From the NCBI RefSeq assembly GCF_009834535.1, contig NC_045698.1:5210001-5274000 (forward strand): 64,000 bases of DNA. The letters are read 5' to 3'. Below the pieces are notes generated by a model that searched no databases, was not told the DNA's origin, and saw only the letters and a list, made by a program, of their open reading frames with translations. Made by a program: the position numbers and the translations under genes. Below are positions 52,045 through 64,000 of this stretch, piece after piece (positions within the stretch are counted from its first letter, which is position 1; each line of letters opens with the position of its first letter). Source of the stretch: Camelus ferus (Eukaryota).

Positions 52045-52553
52045 TGTTACATCAGGTTTCTGTTGCTGTTGTGACAGATGACCACGACTGTGGCGGCTTA
52101 GGGCGGGTTTAGTGCTGCAGGTTTCTGGAGACCCGAAGTCCGAAGTCGGTCTCATGAGCCAGATCACCGTGTTGGCAGGGCTGGCTCCTTCCGGAGGCTT
52201 GAAGGGGCAAGTCTGCGTAGCTGCCTTTTCAAGTTTCTGGGGCCTGCCTGATTCCCTGGGTCCTGGCCCCTTCCTTCAACCTCAAATGCAGCGGCAGAGA
52301 ATTTTCCAGCCTCTCCCTCTGTCTCCAGCCCCGCTCTCTGGTCTGTGATTCCGCTCTTGCACCGTCTTCCTTCTCGCTGCCTAACCCTCCAGCCTCCCTC
52401 AAAGGAGGAGAATCCAGAAGAACCTCCCCATCTTGAGGTGCTTAATTTAATTACATCTGCTAAGTTCTGGGTTTTCTGTGTAAGGTCACATCGTCACAGG
52501 TGCTTGGGGTTAGAATGGGGTCATCTTTGCAAGTTCATTATTCAGCCTGCTAT
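52045..52553 (-). mobile_element. MaLR solo LTR (MLT1D-like)
   Basis: tttctgttgctgttgtgacagatgaccac...gtgttggcagggctggctccttccggaggc...cttaatttaattacatctgc...attcagcctgcta. Confidence 0.85.
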
Positions 52554-52984
52554 CCTGTCTTCTTAATTGATTTATAAACTCTATCGCGTAAGTCCTTTCC
52601 CACGCTTAGACCAAGTAAAGTAATTGCCAAGTGACTTGTCTAAGATCACTCGGCTCTGAAGTGTTTTTTCTGCCTCTCATGTTGGTTCTGCCTGGGGTTT
52701 TGGAGTGATCTCTGGGGATATAGAGTGTTCTCAGCTGTAAAGGACTTTTTTTCTTTTTTTTAAGCTATGTTGTTTATTATTACTAATTGCATAAGCAAGC
52801 ATAAGATGATACCAGTCATTGATCTGACTTGTCATTAGCTGATGCGTTACCACCGTAGGCAGCATATCATCCGTGAGAATGCCGGGGACTTGTATGGAAG
52901 ATCACACTCAGGAAGCCGCCGTCTTCAGTCTGTCTGTGGCTTTATTTCCATTCTGTGGTGAGTGGCTGCGAAGCAGGCGGACCC

Positions 52985-53090
52985 TGGAGGTGGACATCCT
53001 GAGTTGAATCCTGGTTACATTATCTTTTAGTGTGACCTTGGTCAAATTTCCTACCTTCTCTGTGTCTTAGTTCTTGTGATGGAAGTTCTC
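52985..53090 (+). mobile_element. MIR fragment
   Basis: cctgagttgaatcctgg...tgtgaccttggtcaaatttcctaccttctctgtgtcttag. Confidence 0.75.
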
Positions 53091-55979
53091 CTTGAGCTCT
53101 TGTCAAATTTAAGAAGCAGTCTCTCCTGCATCCCGAACAGAATCCTGTTAAGAAAGTGATCCGCATCCAGTCTTGCATTGAACTCGTATGACTTTTATGC
53201 ACTGGCATTAAACAAATCAGAGGCCGCCCTGGCCAAGCCATCGACCGCGCTGGAGCAGGGGGAGTGTTTGGTGCCAGCCATTCCGGCTCCTGAGTCCCCT
53301 CCATAATAAGCTCCCTTCTTCCTTGAAGCAGACAGATTGAACAGAGACACGTTCTGCTTTGTCTGCTGGAACATCTGATAGGGAGTTGTTCCAAACACTG
53401 CTTTCACCAGCCCCTGCTCACCGCGCTGGGAAGCTTACTTTTCACCAGCAGGATGGACGGTGTAAGGCAGTCCCTGCCGCTCCTACCGCAGGCCTCATCG
53501 CTGCACTCGTCGTCTGTGTCTGAGTCGGTCCGTGGAGTCCAGGGTGAGCCAGCCCAGAGTATACGCCTCTTGATAAAACCAAACTGGAAATAGGAGCCCC
53601 CGAAGAGTTCAAGCCCTGTGAGACTTTCTCACTGCAGTTCCTGAAGAATTAAAGCAGCAAACTTTGGCATAAATGGTATCCGTGGCCTTTGGGGATGGCG
53701 GTGCACGCAGCAGAGACAGCAGAACAGGAGAAATGCAGAACGTGACACAGTCCTTCCAGTTTGGTTCTGACCCCGCTCTGGCTCTTGCGTCTTCAAAGAT
53801 TATTAAATAAACTGTCCTCCCACCTCCCGCCCCACCCACTTTTTCCTATTTTATTTAGTAATCACTTGTGTAGTTTTTCCTTTGGTAACTCTTCCTCGAT
53901 GATGTCGTAACTTGCACCATTCTTGGTCACCACTTGTTTCCATCATATTAAGCAGTGAATTGCATCCTGTTTCCTTTGGTCCCTCTCCCTTGGTGGAGAG
54001 GACATAGCTTACATGTCACTACCTTTTCTTCATCACCCATTAGCGGAAGATTGAATGATGTAGAAGATAACACTTACGTTTTGCTTGGAATTTTTAAAAA
54101 ATGAAGAGTTGAGGTTTCATAAAAGAATTCTCTTTACAGTGTCTGCCATTCGAGTTTATGGGAATGAAGTTCAGGACTTGCTTTAACAGCTTGCACCGCC
54201 CTGTGTGCTGTTTATTACTTAAATTCTCACGAAGCTCAGATACTATGTCTCATTGAGAAACACAAAAGAGGCTATTTTAGGATGCTGCGATTTATGCCAT
54301 GATGCTTATAGATACTTTTAAAGGGGAAATGAAAATCAATTCCAGAAAAAAATGTATCAATAACCCTCAAATCATCAAGCCTGAAATATTTTCCAGTGAG
54401 TCCTTCAGTTAGAATGGATGAGGCCATTACATATTTTCAAAGACTGCAGTGAAGGCCAGGCGGTGAGTGTGTACCCTGGCTCCTTTAAGGAGAAATCAAC
54501 AATTATAGATGGAAGATCAAGGGGAAAGAGGAGGAAGACTGTAGGAATCAAGGTCAAATCTTAGTGCCGGAAGTGAACACCACTGCGGGGCACTAGTAAT
54601 AGGGGCTCAAAACAGCATTAGCGCTCATTCTGTAAGAAGTTAGACATCCTGTTCTAAAGAGAAAAGTAAAATAGTGTTACAATCATTAATCAGATTTTTA
54701 AATTAATCCAATATGTGCAAATGCCTATTTCTGTCATGACAATAGAAAAGCTAAAAGGTCAAACAAAGCCTCCAGACGTTTCCCCCATGCACGACACTTG
54801 AGCAAAGCCCCATCTCACGTTCACAGTGAGGAAGCCACTCGCCTGTCTCCTTGGAGGAGCACCTGGGGGACATTTATGTTGCACCGGATTATCCCCAGCG
54901 AATCCTTGTTGATGATACTAGAGAAAAACACACACAAAACAGAAGTTGCACCCTCAGGAGACACCTGGTTTTGGTATATTTGGCTCCTGAAAGGTTTTCT
55001 TTTTCCTTGGAGATTGCCTACTTTTTACACCCTGTGGAGCAGTATTTTGATGCTGGCAAGACTGTTTAGTAGTCAAAGGATAATCTAATGGAAAGACTCA
55101 AGTACCCTCAGTATCATTTGTATGAGTTAAATAAGCCCAATAAAGAAAGAGCTCCAGAACCAGTCCTTCTGGTCACAGTGTCCATCCTTTGGGTGTTTGT
55201 CCCACACAGGAGAAGATGCGTGCCCACTCCAGAGTCAAAGTCAAATGCCAAGTCTTCCGTGACTGCAATCGTGTTTTTCTTCCTGCAGATGTCAGCACAA
55301 TCGGGCCCCTACACGTCCTGTGGCATTAGTGCTCTGCTTGCTGAATCAACGCAGCAATGTTTATACCATTTACGGGAAGCCCACCAGGGTTTACAGCAAG
55401 TTGAAAAGGATGGCTTAGGAGCTTTAGAATTTTGTTGATTTTGTTCATGCATGTTCAAAAGATGTTAGTCTTTGGAGTTATCCCTTTTTAAGTTGTCTAA
55501 GTGACCTCAAAGTTTTGGAAAATTTTGTTCTTTGGCTTCTTTAGAAGAATCCTTTAACCTGTTTATAGATTATTGGCCATTTAATATATGTGCATTACTG
55601 GATGTGAAAATTCCTCCCAAAGACCTGGGTTTTCCATAAATGTGAAAGCACGGAGGACCACGCGATACACTCAGCAGTGACACCCGAGGAGCGTTGGAGG
55701 CAGTGATGAGCACAGAAACCTGTGCGCGAACTGGTAAATTAAAGTAGGACTTTTACATGTGTTCTTCTGCTAAATGCAGGGTTATGAAGGCTATGGAAGC
55801 CCTGATTCTCCTACACATCAAAACTCCCATTTCACATTTTTTTTCCTTCAGTGATCTGTTCTGTGCCGGGGACCGACCCGTGGAGTGTAGCAGCATTCTG
55901 GGAGGAGCCTGCAGGTCCCTGTTCTTTTTGGGTTTAAGTCTGAATGGCAAGAGACAGGTCGTAACTGTCTGAAGGCATA

Positions 55980-57100
55980 ATTTTCACGAGAAGATACAGC
56001 AAGGTCACGTGACAAAGCTTGGTGGGGTGGGAAGAAGGTGGAATGGCACCCGGGGAGGCCAGTCGGGGAGGCTTCCTGGGGACGTGACAGCTGAGTTGCA
56101 GCATGAATTAGGGAAGGCTGAGTCATCTTGTCAGGGTGACCTGATGAGGAGTTCTCCGAGCAGAATGGGTGGGCTGCCAACGTCCAGACTTAAGGCCCAG
56201 ACTGACCGGTTTGAAGGACACAGGGGTCAGCGGGACAGCTGGGGAAGAGAGGGGAGTTAGGAGGGAGCCGGGAGCCGGACGCCAGACCACACACCGGGCC
56301 TTGCAAGGTGTGAGAAGGACTTGGGGTTTTGTTATACCTGGACAGGGCAGTCACTGAAGGGTTTTAAGCAGGGCAGTGACGGGAACAGGCAGACATTCTT
56401 AAAGGAGCTCTCTGGCTGCTGGTAGAGAGTGAGTTGGAAGAGGAAGCATTCCAGGCAGGTGCCCCACTACGAGCTGGTCTAGACCTTATCTCGGTAAGAG
56501 TAGTTCGGGCCGGAGTGGACAGATTCAGGACATATTTTGAAATGAAACCAGTAGAGGGGTTACTGTTGGATTGGATGGTGGGTGAGAAGAAAATAAACTA
56601 ACCAAGAAAGATCCGTAAGTTTAAACTCCAGCAACTGGATAATGGTTGGTATGCCACTCCTCAGATGTCAGTGTCTTTGGGAACAATATTTATTATGGGG
56701 GATGGAGGTGGAGTAGAAACCAAGAGTTGAGGTTTGACCTATTCTGTGTCCAAGAGGAGATACCAAGCTGGCAGTTGTGAGTAAAATCTGGAGCTGGAAA
56801 CATAAATGTGGACATCATCAGCATGGAGTTGGAATTTAAAGAACCAAATGAGACCCCCTAGGGAGAGAATAGGAGTAGAAAAGATAAAAACGACCCCGGA
56901 CCAAGCCCCGGGGCGCACCAGCCTTTGGGAAGAGATGGGGGAGAGGGGTTAGCCCGTCACTGAGAAGGACCACCCACCAGACGAGAGAGAAGCCAGACAG
57001 CGCGGCTCAGGAGAAGCCAGAAGAGGACGCGTCGGGGGACAGCGGTCAACTCAGTCAAACGCTGAGGTGTAGAGGGATGCGGGTGAAGTGACCGCCAGTC
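55980..57100 (-). mobile_element. L2 fragment
   Basis: ggaggcttcctggggacgtgac...gggccttgcaaggtg...cactgaagggttttaagcagggcagtgac...ggacagattcaggacatattttg...gcatggagttggaattt. Confidence 0.8.
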
Positions 57101-60100
57101 CCTGCAGCCTGGCAGGCACCTGGGCAGAGGGGTTAAAAAGAACGGGCGGTGACGGAGGACAGGCCGTGACACATGGAACAGGCAGAGGCGCCAAAAATGC
57201 GGAGCAGGTTGTTTGCTCAGGACTTTGTCTACCGAGATGGAAAAAGCAGCATCGTGTCCCGTGTCTTCCTGCGGCCTCCCTGGCAGGACACTGTAAGCTG
57301 CCTATTAATAGCTTCTCCTGTGTTGTATTACGCAGTTACCCGCCCCGTGTCTTTTTTTATTTTGAATCATTGATTCTCAGGAAGGAAAGGGCAGAAGGAT
57401 TGATTGATTTTTTTCTAGAAAAGCAACTCAGATCTTGGATTACAGTTAATAAATCATCACGGCTGTTGTGTATGGGGCGTGCTATTTCGTGTTCTGATAA
57501 TAGCTGCTAGAAAGGTTTTAACCCAAATAGAAACAAGCAAAAAGAGTTACTGAAAAACAGGCAAATAGTAACATCATGGAAGCGGAGTCAAAAACAATTG
57601 GAAAGACTATGGGCGAAATCGAGAGAAAGAGTTAAGACAAAAAGTCAGGCCTCAATTTGGGCTAACAGTGTTTCACCAACACATCAAAGGGAAACCATAA
57701 GATTAAATGTTAAAGGAAAAATAACTCATCCTCTTTGCAAAAGAAAAAAAATCCCTGTCAATGAATGTGCCGTGATCACTGTGTTCCTCGGGAGGCTTGC
57801 TGCCCAGAGCGTGACAGTTTCAGGGTTGGATAGTTTTACTGAAAGCACCATCCTCGCTACAAGAATGGAAGTCGGAAGCTGAGCGTTTCACCTGGAGATA
57901 AAAATCAGTCAGCAAGCCATGGGGTTGTTTGAACTTAACAGCACAAACCCAGAGCAGTGGGTGCAGCTTTGGCCACCTCGTTGGGTCCAGCACGGAAAGG
58001 CAGCAGCAGAAACAGTGAGATTTCCTTCCTACTGTGCATGGACCCCTGTGCACCTTGCTTGGCCAGATTCCAAGTGACAGGGGTCCAGGGAAAAATGGCC
58101 TCAGAGTGGAATTTTCTTTGTAGCTGTGTTTTTTCCCAGTCTTGTCTGAGGCCCCTTTCTGGCCCCTTGTGTGGCAATGACGTCATTCTCTCAAGGAGTT
58201 GTGGAGAACAGAAATGGGAATGTTTTATCACTGACCGCAGAATGGGCTCGGACCAACCTACTGGGACGTTAGGCCCCTTGGGCCACGCAGGCATCTCAGC
58301 CCCCGAAGGAAATGACCATTCCTCAGACAAGGGGAATCTTTGTCACTGTGGGACAAGATCCAGTGGCTGGAGGAAGAAAGGTGTATTAAAACAAAACACA
58401 AAACCTGTTCACATGAGGCCGGGTGCCACGTGTGAAGGTGTCCTCGCCCAGGCCCCTCTCAGTGGCTCTTCCCATCCACGGCTCACTAGGCATCAAAATG
58501 TGGCCACCACCTTGGCAGCTGCCCAAGAGTTTACTGGCGGCCAAAGTGACGCTGGGTCCATTTCCCAGTGCGGCATCCGTCCAGCGGGCCTGCCTGGGGC
58601 CCCTTCCTGCCATCCTGAAACTCGACTGTGAATTCTTTGGTGGCAAGGGCTGTCTATTATTTTGTTATTTTTCTTTATGTTCTTAGAACCTAGTGCAATT
58701 CTGGGCGTGGAGAAGGCAAGGACATGCACACCAGCTGACCACACACACCAGTACATTCTGCCCTGTCTCTCCCCCTTCCCCTCTCCCTCTCTTCCCTTTC
58801 TGTGTTCATCCCTTCTAATGCAGTTACTAATTGTATATGTACATGGCAGTAATTCATTCAGCTCCATTATTATCAATGGTCCCAAGCCAGACACTCTGAC
58901 ACGTTGGACCCCTAATGGATTATAGCCAGCGCCTCAGCTCCAGAGTATCCATACACTGTCTTGATTAACCATTCGTCAGTCTCTCCTCTATCTCTTCTGA
59001 ATTCTCTGCAGGTTAAATATAATCTCTTACTACATTTGGACATGTTGGCTCTGAACGAACCCAGATACCATCAGATACGTCTTTCCATTATGAGGCTCAC
59101 TTACACGGTTACTCATGAAAGTAATACTTGGTTGTGTTAAATCTGCAAAGGATAAACGAGGATAAACAGAAAAAAATCTCAGTTCCCTGTTCTCCCAGGC
59201 CCGTTTGCCTCTCCCCAAAAGTTTTTCTCATGAATTTCAACTGAAGTGTTTCTCTGAACTTGGGTTATTTTAGCCTCCTTTGTCATGGAAGTGGTCAGTA
59301 TCCTTCCAATCGGGAGCATCCAGACAGAATCGTGTGTGTGTTACGAACGCTGCAGTTTTTTATGTCAAAGGCAAAATACAAGTGTGAAATCACCCAGCCT
59401 GTTGACTTGACCCAGAACAAGCCTGTATTAGAATGCTTGGCTCATGGATACAATCGTGATGACACTTTGCAGCGTAATGGATCTTTAAAACAGTGTTAGA
59501 TTTTTGAAGTTGGTGAATACGGCAGCACTTAAATAGTTACTAGTTCAGATCTTTCCTGGTGAATTTCACTGTCAAGTTAAGAAAAAAAAATGTTTAGGGG
59601 CAGTATTTATGAGTGGGTGTTCTAAAGGATGGGTCGGTACACAGAAACAAATGTCAACCATAGATCCTGCTCTTTAAAAAGGGGCAGAGAGATTGAGGAG
59701 CTCTCAAAACTTGGGCTCTGAAGATGTAACACTCAGATGAGTGAGCTCTCGGGAAAGCTAGGAGTGAGATTTTGAATGTTTACTGAAAAACAGGGAAATC
59801 CTTTCATTAATGTGCACTGTATTTCATCAGCTGATTCAGATGAACGTACGATGGAACAACTTCTACACAAGGGAGAATTGAAAGATCTCTGAGTTGCTGA
59901 TGAATAATGGAAACAATGTAAAACTTGCTTTTAAATGAAGTTTGCTTTTTAAATGCTTTCATGAAAAATATTTCTATCGGTTCCCATGTAAATTAGCATT
60001 TATAGCAACGGTCTTCTGCCTTTGGTGACATCATGATTTTATGTTATTTCGCTGAGAAATGAACAACATGAGACTGAAAGCTGGAGAGGACAACTCAGGG

Positions 60101-60779
60101 ATATTATTATGCAAAAAAGAGAAATACCAATTTTAAGATATTTTGTGAGTATTTTCTCCAGAGAACGATGAGTTTCACCATCCCGTGCCTCACTGTCTGC
60201 CGTCATTGGTGCAACAGAGAGTGATGGGCTGGATCGTTTTCTAAATCTAAGGAAAACATAGCTGGTCCAGTCCTCCAGCTGAGAAGGGATTTGGAAGGTT
60301 GCATTTCTGACGCTTCAGAGGAAGTTCCATACTTGCTCCCTGTCCAGCCTTTCTTCACAAGACACCCTTTGAGTAGAGAGATGAGAACTTTGAAAATCAG
60401 TTGCTAGCATGTGTCCCCAGTGTCACGCTCTCCAAGGAGGACCCAGGTCTGATGCTCCTGTCACCCCCCATCTCTCTAGGCAGTGCTCCGGCTCCTGGGA
60501 GGCAGGGAACTCACATGCCCCCTTACAGGGGCTCAGGTCGGGGGGTTCGGCACCTGTCACGGATGTGGTTAAAGGGTTTGTACATTGCGAGGGAGCCAAA
60601 CTGCCCATCCACCTGCCCCAGGATTCTCAGAATCTGTGAGCCTCTGTGAGCCTCTGTGTACAGTGCTTTGCACTCAAGTTGGAGTTGTAAAAAAATGCAG
60701 ACCAAAAATACAGATATTACCCAACACCCCAAACTTAAAGAATAACAGACAGTCATGGTGTAAAATGCAGATCTGTATT

Positions 60780-61900
60780 TGCGTCTTCCTTTATCATGCA
60801 TATTTTTAAACTTTTTATGCCAAATCTATTTTATCCAGGAGTTTGTGTCTGTGCCCTTGTCCCAGGAACTTAACATCGTCATTGCTGTATTTTGCAGTAA
60901 TTCTTATATCTTGCAAGGTTACCATCACCTATGTATAAAATATATGTGTATGCTTTAATTTGAAATTTCTTTGATTTTTTTTGCCTGTTTATTTTTCTAC
61001 ATAGAGTGGGGGATCATTTTTTCAAGTTCTGAAATATATTCCTTTAACCTTATCACTCAGAAATGTTGAATTTCTCAATTTACAAAATATACCATTAAAT
61101 CAGTCGACAAAGCTTTTAAGGTTTTCTCTGCAAGATCCCACAGTCTTGATGAGTTCATTCTGAAATTTTTATCGGTCTTTGCCCTCTTGTGAAGACGTTA
61201 TATTCTTTTCAACGTGACTTCTACCTGATTATAATCAGTGTGCAAGGGGACTCCTGGGGTGTGTGTTTATCTTGTATCCAGACACTCAGGAGGTTCTCTG
61301 TTCACTCTAACAGTGCTTTTCTTCCTGAACTCATCTGATGTACAATAATCACTTGCAAACTACATTTTACGTTTTTGTAGCTTTAATGTTTACATTGCCT
61401 GGTAGCAAGAGTCTCCAATACTGTGTTGAATGACATCACTCTGCCGGGCAGTTTTCTTGGTGCCTGTGCTTATAAGAAATGACCATCATTTTGTTCTTTA
61501 CAATTAAATACATAAACCTTTAAAAATATTTTGATGTTTTTTCCTACCTTCCTAAATATTTCTCTTTTAAGCCATGCCATTTTGCTTTTGCTTTTAAATC
61601 TAAACACACTTTTGTCTTTAGAGAAAAATTGAGACCATTTGTGTTTGTTACAATCTTTATACCACATCTTATATCCTTCATTCTGGTTCTTGGTCCTGAG
61701 TCCTGTTTTCTAATCCTTTTTTATAGATGTGTCATTCTATTTTGTATGTCTTTTCCTTTTTAATATAATTTGTGAGATTTCTATTCTATTTCTAGTATAT
61801 CTTGTGAGCATTTTAGAATATGCGCCAACATTTCAACATAATTACTTTTTATCTAAATGACCCCAATAACATGTATCTATGTTCTTCTTTGCTAATAGAT
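60780..61900 (-). mobile_element. Old L1 (L1ME-like) fragments
   Basis: T-rich; gtttatcttgtatccag...ccaatactgtgttgaatg...aaatgttgaatttctc. Confidence 0.55.
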
Positions 61901-61959
61901 GTTCCACTTTCTCTTCTTTGACAATTAATAAATAAGCTAAGAGAAAGTTGTATTGTCTT

Positions 61960-62700
61960 AGATATCTCACAGGTGTCTTCATTCTTGTTTCCTTCCACCC
62001 ACCACTAAACTTCTTGAAAAGTAGTGACCACTCTCCATTTCGCTTTGCTTCTTACCCACTTCCTAGCTTCACTGTTCAGCTGCCATCAAAACTCACTGTT
62101 TAGCTGGAAGCACCTGCTAACCCAAAGGCATTTGCCATCCTAGATTTCTGCAGGGTTGACTTTTGTTACCAACTTTTTTGGCCACTAGGGGAAAAAGATC
62201 CTTGGAGGGAAGAACCAAAACCTTCTGTCTTGGTTCCCGTCACCTGGTCCCACTCAGGATCACTGACTGTGTTTTTCTCTGCACGTTTTTTGATGGACAC
62301 TCCTTCTCTTCCCATCGGCCAAACACACACATGTTCATCAGGGCTCCACCCAGAGGCGTCTTTTCTCCCCGTTCGTGTTGGTCAGCTTTCAGCGCATCAC
62401 TCATTTTCAGTCATTCTGCCTGGATTGATGGCTCTCAGTGCACTAATTCTGCCTCCATCTTTTCTTGGGCTCTAGACTCAGTTTTCATTACCACCACAAA
62501 CTCAGAATGTCCAAACCCCATTTTCCACCAGACCACGCTTGTTTGTTGTCCTCTCTGTTTCTGTTGGTGACTCCCCACTTCTCACCCTCAGCCCATATTT
62601 AAATCTCCCTTCTTGTGTTTTCTCCTTTGCAACTTTCATAAAACCATTGTGCTGCTGTGTTGTTGGTATTTGCCATTCCCATGGCCACCTCCTTAGTTTA
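61960..62700 (+). mobile_element. L2 fragment
   Basis: aaacttcttgaaaagtagt...cttggttcccgtcacc...gatggacactccttctc...ctcagaatgtccaaacc. Confidence 0.6.
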
Positions 62701-62904
62701 GGGTTTTGCTGCACCCTCCCTTGTCAGATCCACGCCACGCACCAAATCATATTGATCTGTGACAGGCACGGTTAGTGTCAGGGCAAAACTGAGCCTGTAA
62801 GCACCCTGACCCGGTTAACAATGCAGCACCCTTTGCAGGTGTTCATTGAGCTGCTTGCTGCAAGGCAGTATTGTGTAATTGTTGTGAGTGTCGCTCTGGC
62901 TCGT

Positions 62905-63005
62905 CATTGTTGGTTTCGAATCCTGTGACACCCCTTGATACCTGCGTGACTCTGGGAAAGGTGTGTAACCTCTCTGGTCTTTTGTTTCCTCGTCTGTAAA
63001 ATGGG
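62905..63005 (+). mobile_element. MIR, 5' part (resumes at 63357-63390 after the LTR)
   Basis: gtttcgaatcctgtgac...gtgactctgggaaagg...aacctctctggtc...gtttcctcgtctgtaaaatggg. Confidence 0.8.
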
Positions 63006-63356
63006 TGTGTCAATCCAATCAAATGATACAACGTGCCATGAACTGAGTGCTTGTAAACAGCAGAAATGTATTGCTTATCATTCTGGAGGCTGGAAGTCCA
63101 AGGCCAGGGAGCCAGTGTGATGGGGTTGTGGTGAGGACCCTCTCCAGGCTGCAGACAGCCGACTTCTCCTTGTACCCTCACGTGGAGGAAGGGGGCTCTC
63201 TGGAATCTCTTTTATAAGGATCTTCCCTCATCTCAATCATGAGGCTCTGCTTTCATGATGTAATCACCCCCAAGCCCCCACTGCCTAATACCATCACACT
63301 GGAGGCTAGGATTTTCATATGAATACCAGGGGGGCACGAACATTCAGACCAAAGCA
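63006..63356 (-). mobile_element. MaLR solo LTR (MLT1A-like) inserted into a MIR
   Basis: cagaaatgtattgcttatcattctggaggctggaagtccaagg...ttttataagg...cattcagaccaaagca; TSD atggg/atgga. Confidence 0.9.
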
Positions 63357-63465
63357 ATGGAGTAATGACATCACCTACCTCAGTAGATAGGTGCGTATCT
63401 TATACATTTTATTTTCACTGAGTAGAGGCACATTTTCCATGAATATGTGGATGTGCCCACATTGT

Positions 63466-63632
63466 GCTCTGTCTCTGTCTCTCTCTGTCTCTTTCTCTCT
63501 AAATATATATGTATATAGACAGATACATATAGATATATAGAGAGAGACTATATATTTATATAAATACATTCACATATGTCATCATTAAGTTTATATATTT
63601 ATAAATATATATATATTTAGAGTACATATATG
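63466..63632. repeat. (TC)n followed by a (TA)n-rich simple repeat
   Basis: ctctgtctctgtctctctctgtctc...atatatatgtatatagac...tatatatttatataaata. Confidence 0.85.
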
Positions 63633-64000
63633 CATTCTGAGTTCCAGATGGCCTAAAGAGCGTCCACAGAAAGTAGCTGACACTTTATAGCAGGACGGAG
63701 GGACAGCTGAGGCTCATTTGACGTGGTACTGGCTTCCCTGGGACATTTTTAAGAGTCATAGTAAAAGCAGAGCCAGCATGTTCATCTTCAGAGTCCTGGG
63801 GGGGAAAAAAGAGCCAGCGCAACCCACAGACACCAGGAGATACTTTTTCAGCCGACAGACTGTGAAGAAGGAAATGTGGAAAACCAGGGAGACTAAAGGA
63901 TGTCCCCACCTTGTTACCAGTGAGAGAGTGTCCAGTTCATGTGAGGGCTTTGGGAAGCAGATGACTCCCTGGGCCACCGGGTCACCAGTGGATACATCTT

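Larger units (their letters stand above)
48249..64000 (+). other. ADCY2: ADCY2 intron downstream of the exon (partial)
   Basis: The next ADCY2 exon (expected to start ERLLLSLLP) was not found in the window. Confidence 0.8.

Noticed and set aside
57957..58631. Longest ORF (224 aa, +)
   Set aside because: Starts at GTG, no recognisable domain, Cys/Gly/Ser-rich random composition, overlapped by similar ORFs in other frames; consistent with chance in GC-rich intron
1..64000. CRISPR array, operon, prophage or other novel multi-gene system
   Set aside because: Eukaryotic intronic DNA; no regularly spaced repeat-spacer array, no gene-dense coding region, and no endogenous viral or processed pseudogene ORF recognised

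Overview
Mammalian genomic DNA, almost certainly from a camelid, judged by a tRNA-Ala-derived SINE of the vic-1 type and young artiodactyl/camelid L1 3' ends. The window lies inside the adenylate cyclase 2 gene (ADCY2, + strand). The only coding sequence I can support is one 150-nt internal exon at 48099-48248 (ILANVIIFICGNLAGAYHKHLMELALQQTYQDTCNCIKSRIKLEFEKRQQ), with canonical AG/GT boundaries in phase 0/0. Everything else is intron: L1 fragments of several ages, long L2 remnants, MIRs, about nine MaLR (MLT1) solo LTRs, hAT-Charlie DNA transposons, microsatellites, and some repeat-free stretches that may be regulatory. The remaining ORFs in the track look spurious. I found no evidence of a novel gene system. 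The best secondary observations are a twin-primed (5'-inverted) L1 with TSD, an 81-nt near-perfect inverted L1 pair that could form dsRNA in the pre-mRNA, nested insertions, a strong CTCF motif, and candidate enhancers. Repeat families were called by eye from remembered consensus sequences, so subfamily names and boundaries are approximate.
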